Source: a bacterium (GTDB taxonomy: Bacteria > Krumholzibacteriota > Krumholzibacteriia > LZORAL124-64-63). From it: DNA of 29,205 nt. The position numbers were made by a program, and so were the translations under genes. Shown here piece by piece: positions 25,742 to 29,205 of this stretch. The notes under the pieces are model-generated. The model was not told the origin of the DNA, did not search any database, and saw nothing but the letters and a program-made list of their open reading frames with translations. The DNA lies in contig PIVY01000046.1 in NCBI GenBank assembly GCA_003353795.1, positions 1-29,205 on the forward strand. Reading direction: 5' to 3'. The number at the start of each line of letters is the position of its first letter. Position 1 is the stretch's first letter.

Positions 25742-26137
25742 ATGAAAATTTACGATTGCCAGGAGGCACGTGAGAAATTGCGGCTGCCTGAGGCCGAAAC
25801 AGCCGGCGCGGTCGACGCCGACGAACCCGGATCCTCGGTCGGCCGCCTCGCCGCCCATTGCTGGGCCCTGCTCCTGGCGCGGATCTACGAGTGCCTGCCG
25901 CTCGCGTGTCCGCGGTGCGGCGAGCCGATGCGGATCATCGCGTTCATCCTGGACCGGTCACAGGTCGAGCGGATCCTGACGCACATCGGGGAGCCCGCGG
26001 AGGCGCCGGAGGTCCTGCCGGCGAGAGGGCCGCCGCAAGTGGAGCTGGAGTTCGGCCAGGTGGACCAGACAGCCGGTCAGGATGCCTGGCCGGAGATGGA
26101 TCAGACGGCCGGCGACGGTGGCGACATCGGGGGATAA
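25742..26137 (+). pseudogene. Remnant of an IS91-family (rolling-circle Y2 transposase) gene: only the C-terminal zinc-binding tail is recognisable
   Basis: RLAAHCWALLLARIYECLPLACPRCGEPMRIIAFILDRSQVERILTHIGEPAEAP matches the characteristic IS91/IS801/ISCR transposase C-terminus (RLSWAALLKRVFGIDVL-CPxCGGxMRxIAxIxDP-VIxKILxHLGLP). No HUH/Y2 catalytic region precedes it, and there is an in-frame stop at 25700. Confidence 0.55.
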
Positions 26138-26497
26138 ATTTCCCATCATTCACGAGGCTCTCGAAAGAGCCGGACCGACGGGTCTGCGTGCTCGGGCGTC
26201 AAACTGATTGGTGGAGGCCGGATCTCGGCGATTCGCGGAGTGTCGGACGCATCTCGGAGGCCGCCGAATTGACCATGGTGAGTCGCCAGTGGTAGAATCG
26301 GGGTCGGACTGGGCAGCGGGAGGCGGGACTGTACGGTTGAAATGCCAATCCTCCTTGGCTCCACCAAACAGTACCCGACGGGTTATGCCAATGGCGTAAT
26401 CCGTTGTTTTTAAGGTGGGGGTCGACGACGCAACGGTTTTCCCCATTGAACCATGTACTGATCAAGTGGTATCGTTTGGATTTCGACTGGGGGAGCT

Positions 26498-28225
26498 ATG
26501 CAATACCGCTTCGGATTCTTATCCATTCTGATGGTCGTTTTCGTTGTCTTCGTCGCGGCCACCGGTTGCGACGATGGCGACGAGGCTCAAGATGGTGGGT
26601 TGATTGAACCTCCTGATCCGCCAGAGATCGTTCCCGGTGAGTTGGATCTCGAGTACGTCTGGTCAGGTCAAGGGGTCGACCTTCGCTGGTCCGCCTGGAC
26701 CGGCGACGAGGTGACTGGATACAGGGTCTACACCCAGCTCCTGAATTTTCCGCCCGTCTTGCGTGCGCTCACCGACGAAACATGGTTCATCGATCTGATG
26801 CCGATGGCGGGAGACCGGTATACGGCGACGGTGCAAGCGGTCGATGGCGACGACGTTGTGCTCGCGGAAACGTCGGAATTCACGTGGTCGATTCCGGGCA
26901 ACTACAAACGAGCGTCTCTGACGATCGCCAATGGAGACGAGTTCACAGACTCGCGCGCGGTTATGGTCCTCGTCGAGGTACCGTCAGACAGCATGTGGAT
27001 GTGGAACGGCCTTCCGGAGAACTCCGTCGGTGGTCGGTGGGAGGAGTTGCGTCACCATAGCGCGAGAATCCTCGATTGGCCGCTTGCGTTGCTCGACGAG
27101 CCAAAGGTCGTCACTGCTCGCTATCGGTCCAGCCTGGGACTGTTGCACGAGGTTTCCGACGACATCGCCGTTCAGCCTTTCAATCCGAACATTCGGTGTG
27201 ACGCTCCGGGGTTCGTCGCGGAACCGGTCGTCGATCTCTTGTTCGACGATCCGGCTGCACGATACGTCCGTGTGGCAAATACCGTGAACGAGCTGGGCCA
27301 AGCTCCCTGGCGCATCTTCGCCGATCGGCTGGAAGACTGGAATCTGCCGGACGACCCGGAACCTCACACAGTCAAAGTGCAGATGCGGAACGAATTCGAA
27401 CTTGTGTCCGGCGTCTATGAATCGACTCCCGTTCAACTGGATCTGGATCCTCCCGACCTATCCAACTTGTCAATGCAGCCGGTGGATGGCGCCGATGGAA
27501 TCGATGCCACATTGTCGCTCGCTTGGTCGGGAGCGAGTGACGCGCTGTCTGGTGTGCACGAGGTTGCCGTCTACTGTGATCGCGGCGGCCCGGCAACGAC
27601 GCTTGTGTATGATGGATCCGACGGCGGCTTTCAATTAGAGAATCTCATAGCCAACGAGGAGTATCGCTGGCGCCTGGAATTTCGCGACCTGGTCGGAAAT
27701 GTCGCCAGCGGGGACGAACAGTCATTCACTACGGGCGGCCACTTCGACCTGGTCACACTCAGTTTCGACCCAGAGGGTGAGCAGGTGGAAGCGCCGTCGA
27801 ATGTTGCCGGTGCGACGGGTACGATGTACCTGACGTGGCGCCACCCTAGCGTATCGACGCTCGGTACGGCTCTGGTACGGATCGTTCCGCCGGAGGGTGT
27901 TGGGCTGGTGTTTCACCCGCGTGATGGCTTCGAAGCAATCAATGGGGAAGGGCCAGACATCTATTTTATGTTTGGATCCTATGAGTTCGGAGATGCCAGT
28001 AGCATCTTACTGGCGGAACTCGAATACCAAGTCTATCAGGATGGCGCGACTGGCCCTGTTCGTGTAGGCCCCGCTGGTCCGCCCGACGAGTCCGGGGCGC
28101 CATTCCCGAATGTTCAGCCGCACATGACTTGGGGAGAATTCATCCATCTCGGCTATCCGCTGCGGCGGTCAGCGACGGACCCGGAGGAACTCACCGGAAT
28201 CGTGTGGTTCGGACCAGCGCCGTGA
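26498..28225 (+). CDS. Secreted lipoprotein with fibronectin-type-III-like domains, function unknown
   Basis: 575 aa. Signal/lipobox MQYRFGFLSILMVVFVVFVAATGC. FN3-like segments (VDLRWSAWTGDEVTGYRVYT; LSLAWSGASDALSGVHEVAVYCDRGG...EEYRWRLEFRDLVGNVASGDEQSFTT). Noticeably lower GC and more A/T-ending codons than neighbouring genes. Confidence 0.75.
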   Translation: MQYRFGFLSILMVVFVVFVAATGCDDGDEAQDGGLIEPPDPPEIVPGELDLEYVWSGQGVDLRWSAWTGDEVTGYRVYTQLLNFPPVLRALTDETWFIDLMPMAGDRYTATVQAVDGDDVVLAETSEFTWSIPGNYKRASLTIANGDEFTDSRAVMVLVEVPSDSMWMWNGLPENSVGGRWEELRHHSARILDWPLALLDEPKVVTARYRSSLGLLHEVSDDIAVQPFNPNIRCDAPGFVAEPVVDLLFDDPAARYVRVANTVNELGQAPWRIFADRLEDWNLPDDPEPHTVKVQMRNEFELVSGVYESTPVQLDLDPPDLSNLSMQPVDGADGIDATLSLAWSGASDALSGVHEVAVYCDRGGPATTLVYDGSDGGFQLENLIANEEYRWRLEFRDLVGNVASGDEQSFTTGGHFDLVTLSFDPEGEQVEAPSNVAGATGTMYLTWRHPSVSTLGTALVRIVPPEGVGLVFHPRDGFEAINGEGPDIYFMFGSYEFGDASSILLAELEYQVYQDGATGPVRVGPAGPPDESGAPFPNVQPHMTWGEFIHLGYPLRRSATDPEELTGIVWFGPAP

Positions 28226-28226
28226 T

Positions 28227-28294
28227 TGGACTTGCCTGCCATTTTCCGACATCTCGAAAAGGCACTTATGTGTAGCCTGGAGGTGTTGAGATGA
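28227..28294. repeat. Right copy of the ~68-bp inverted repeat pair (partner at 24812..24881)
   Basis: See the left copy. This copy carries GGAGGTGTTGAGATG in the sense orientation for a 25-codon upstream ORF. Confidence 0.8.
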
Positions 28295-28377
28295 ACCCGC
28301 CGGCCGAAATCCCGGACGTCGCCGCGAAAGTCGAGGCCGTCCGGTTCGGTAGGCAACCGGGAACATGAGGTGAAACC

Positions 28378-29061
28378 ATGATCATCAATCGCCTGACGAT
28401 CGTCATCATACTGCTGATGGGCTGCTACGGGATCGTGTCCGCCTGCCCGTCGCGCATGAACCGTCACGTCGATCCCTTGCCGGATGGACCCGCGAACCTC
28501 GCGTACACCGTCGTCTGCGTGTCGTTTCTCGAGATATACGGCGGAGAGGTGGAAACACCATCGACCATCGCCCTCTATCGTCGCCTGTGGTCCGTCTGCG
28601 TCGAGCGGAACGAGGCGGGAGAACCCCGGTTCGGTCCGAGCCACCTGCTTTTCAGCGTGCGCTCATCCGGCGATCCGATCCCCCCGCACCGTCATCTCTT
28701 CCTGAGCATTGCCGAAGACCACATCGAGGAATTCATTCAGGCCGTCCACGACGCAATCGCCTGCAACGGCGACGAGCACCTGGCCAAGGAACACGCCGTC
28801 GACGTGCGCGTGCTCGGCGACCCCGTGGTGCAACTACGAGTCGAGTCCGGATCTCGATCAACCGTCGTACACTCGGAGATCGACGACCTGACATTGAGCG
28901 AGATCATGGTCATCCACCGCACGGAGACGTTCCGCGACACATTCTGTCGCGAGTGCCCCGGGGTGCTGGAGATAGAGCTGCACGGATCCATTGCGGGCGA
29001 GACTATATGGGACGGATTCGCCTTGATCGACCTCTCACACGACCATCCGTGTGGCCAATAG
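28378..29061 (+). CDS. Cys-rich secreted hypothetical protein
   Basis: 227 aa. Signal peptide MIINRLTIVIILLMGCYGIVSA. GAGGTG 5 nt upstream. Lower GC. No recognisable domain. Confidence 0.55.
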   Translation: MIINRLTIVIILLMGCYGIVSACPSRMNRHVDPLPDGPANLAYTVVCVSFLEIYGGEVETPSTIALYRRLWSVCVERNEAGEPRFGPSHLLFSVRSSGDPIPPHRHLFLSIAEDHIEEFIQAVHDAIACNGDEHLAKEHAVDVRVLGDPVVQLRVESGSRSTVVHSEIDDLTLSEIMVIHRTETFRDTFCRECPGVLEIELHGSIAGETIWDGFALIDLSHDHPCGQ

Positions 29062-29088
29062 AAACAAGGCCTCGATCCCGCTGCCGAA

Positions 29089-29205
29089 TCAACGCACCAG
29101 CATCATCCGCCGGACCGTGCTTACCTCGCCGGCCTCGAAGCGGTAGAGGTAGACGCCCGAGGCCATGGACCGGCCGGTGTCGTCGTCGCCGCGCCAGTCG
29201 ATGTG
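29089..29205 (-). CDS. 3' end of a gene encoding a protein with a FlgD-Ig/T9SS-type C-terminal sorting domain (the rest lies beyond the window end)
   Basis: The minus-strand translation ends ...HIDWRGDDDTGRSMASGVYLYRFEAGEVSTVRRMMLVR*, closely paralleling the tail of the dioxygenase-like protein (SGVYLARLTAGSLVETRKLHLIR). The stop TGA is at 29091-29089. Confidence 0.55.
   Translation of the reverse strand, partial: HIDWRGDDDTGRSMASGVYLYRFEAGEVSTVRRMMLVR

Noticed and set aside
24812-28294. The inverted repeat pair considered as a classical invertible promoter switch (inverton)
   Set aside because: The repeats are longer than usual, 3.35 kb apart with whole genes between them, and no site-specific recombinase gene is nearby. 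It is kept as an open finding rather than called an inverton.

Overview
This 29.2 kb window is high-GC (roughly 65-70%) bacterial chromosomal DNA with dense coding. Almost every long ORF has a same-sized antisense or off-frame shadow ORF, as expected at this GC content. Several secreted proteins carry a FlgD-Ig/T9SS-type C-terminal sorting domain (NYPNPFNP...GVYLxRL...R), so by inference the host is a non-proteobacterial lineage (FCB-group, Gemmatimonadota or Eisenbacteria-like); I saw no rRNA, tRNA or CRISPR. In order, the window contains: (i) the N-terminal 2.4 kb of a periplasmic propeller/Y_Y_Y sensor gene (minus strand, runs off the window), divergent from a PAS-PAS hybrid histidine kinase; (ii) a minus-strand operon of TAXI-TRAP binding protein, fused TRAP permease and UspA; (iii) oligopeptidase B plus a small beta-barrel OMP; (iv) a run of RNA-metabolism genes: RRM RNA-binding protein, a DUF481 outer-membrane protein, an N-terminally short Rho, and the DEAD-box helicase DeaD; (v) a Tat-signal intradiol-dioxygenase-like protein with a T9SS-type tail; (vi) the most notable feature, a tightly packed nine-gene bacterial microcompartment (metabolosome) operon at 19.1-24.7 kb. 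Its genes are a winged-helix regulator, a RpiB-DeoC fusion enzyme, a tandem-BMC shell protein, one BMC-H, a BMC-P, a CoA-acylating aldehyde dehydrogenase with an N-terminal encapsulation peptide, a PduT-like BMC-T, and two more BMC-P. The gene content resembles the sugar-phosphate-utilising (SPU) class of microcompartment loci, which I know only as a bioinformatic category. Distinctive here: an encapsulation-peptide-like helix sits inside the fusion enzyme, there is only one hexamer gene, and no phosphotransacylase or alcohol dehydrogenase is present in the window; (vii) directly downstream, a lower-GC segment (about 24.7-29.1 kb) bracketed by a ~68 bp imperfect inverted repeat pair. It contains a DUF4395-like membrane protein, the C-terminal remnant of an IS91-family transposase, an FN3-domain lipoprotein and a Cys-rich secreted protein; the 3' end of another T9SS-tail protein (minus strand) runs off the window end.
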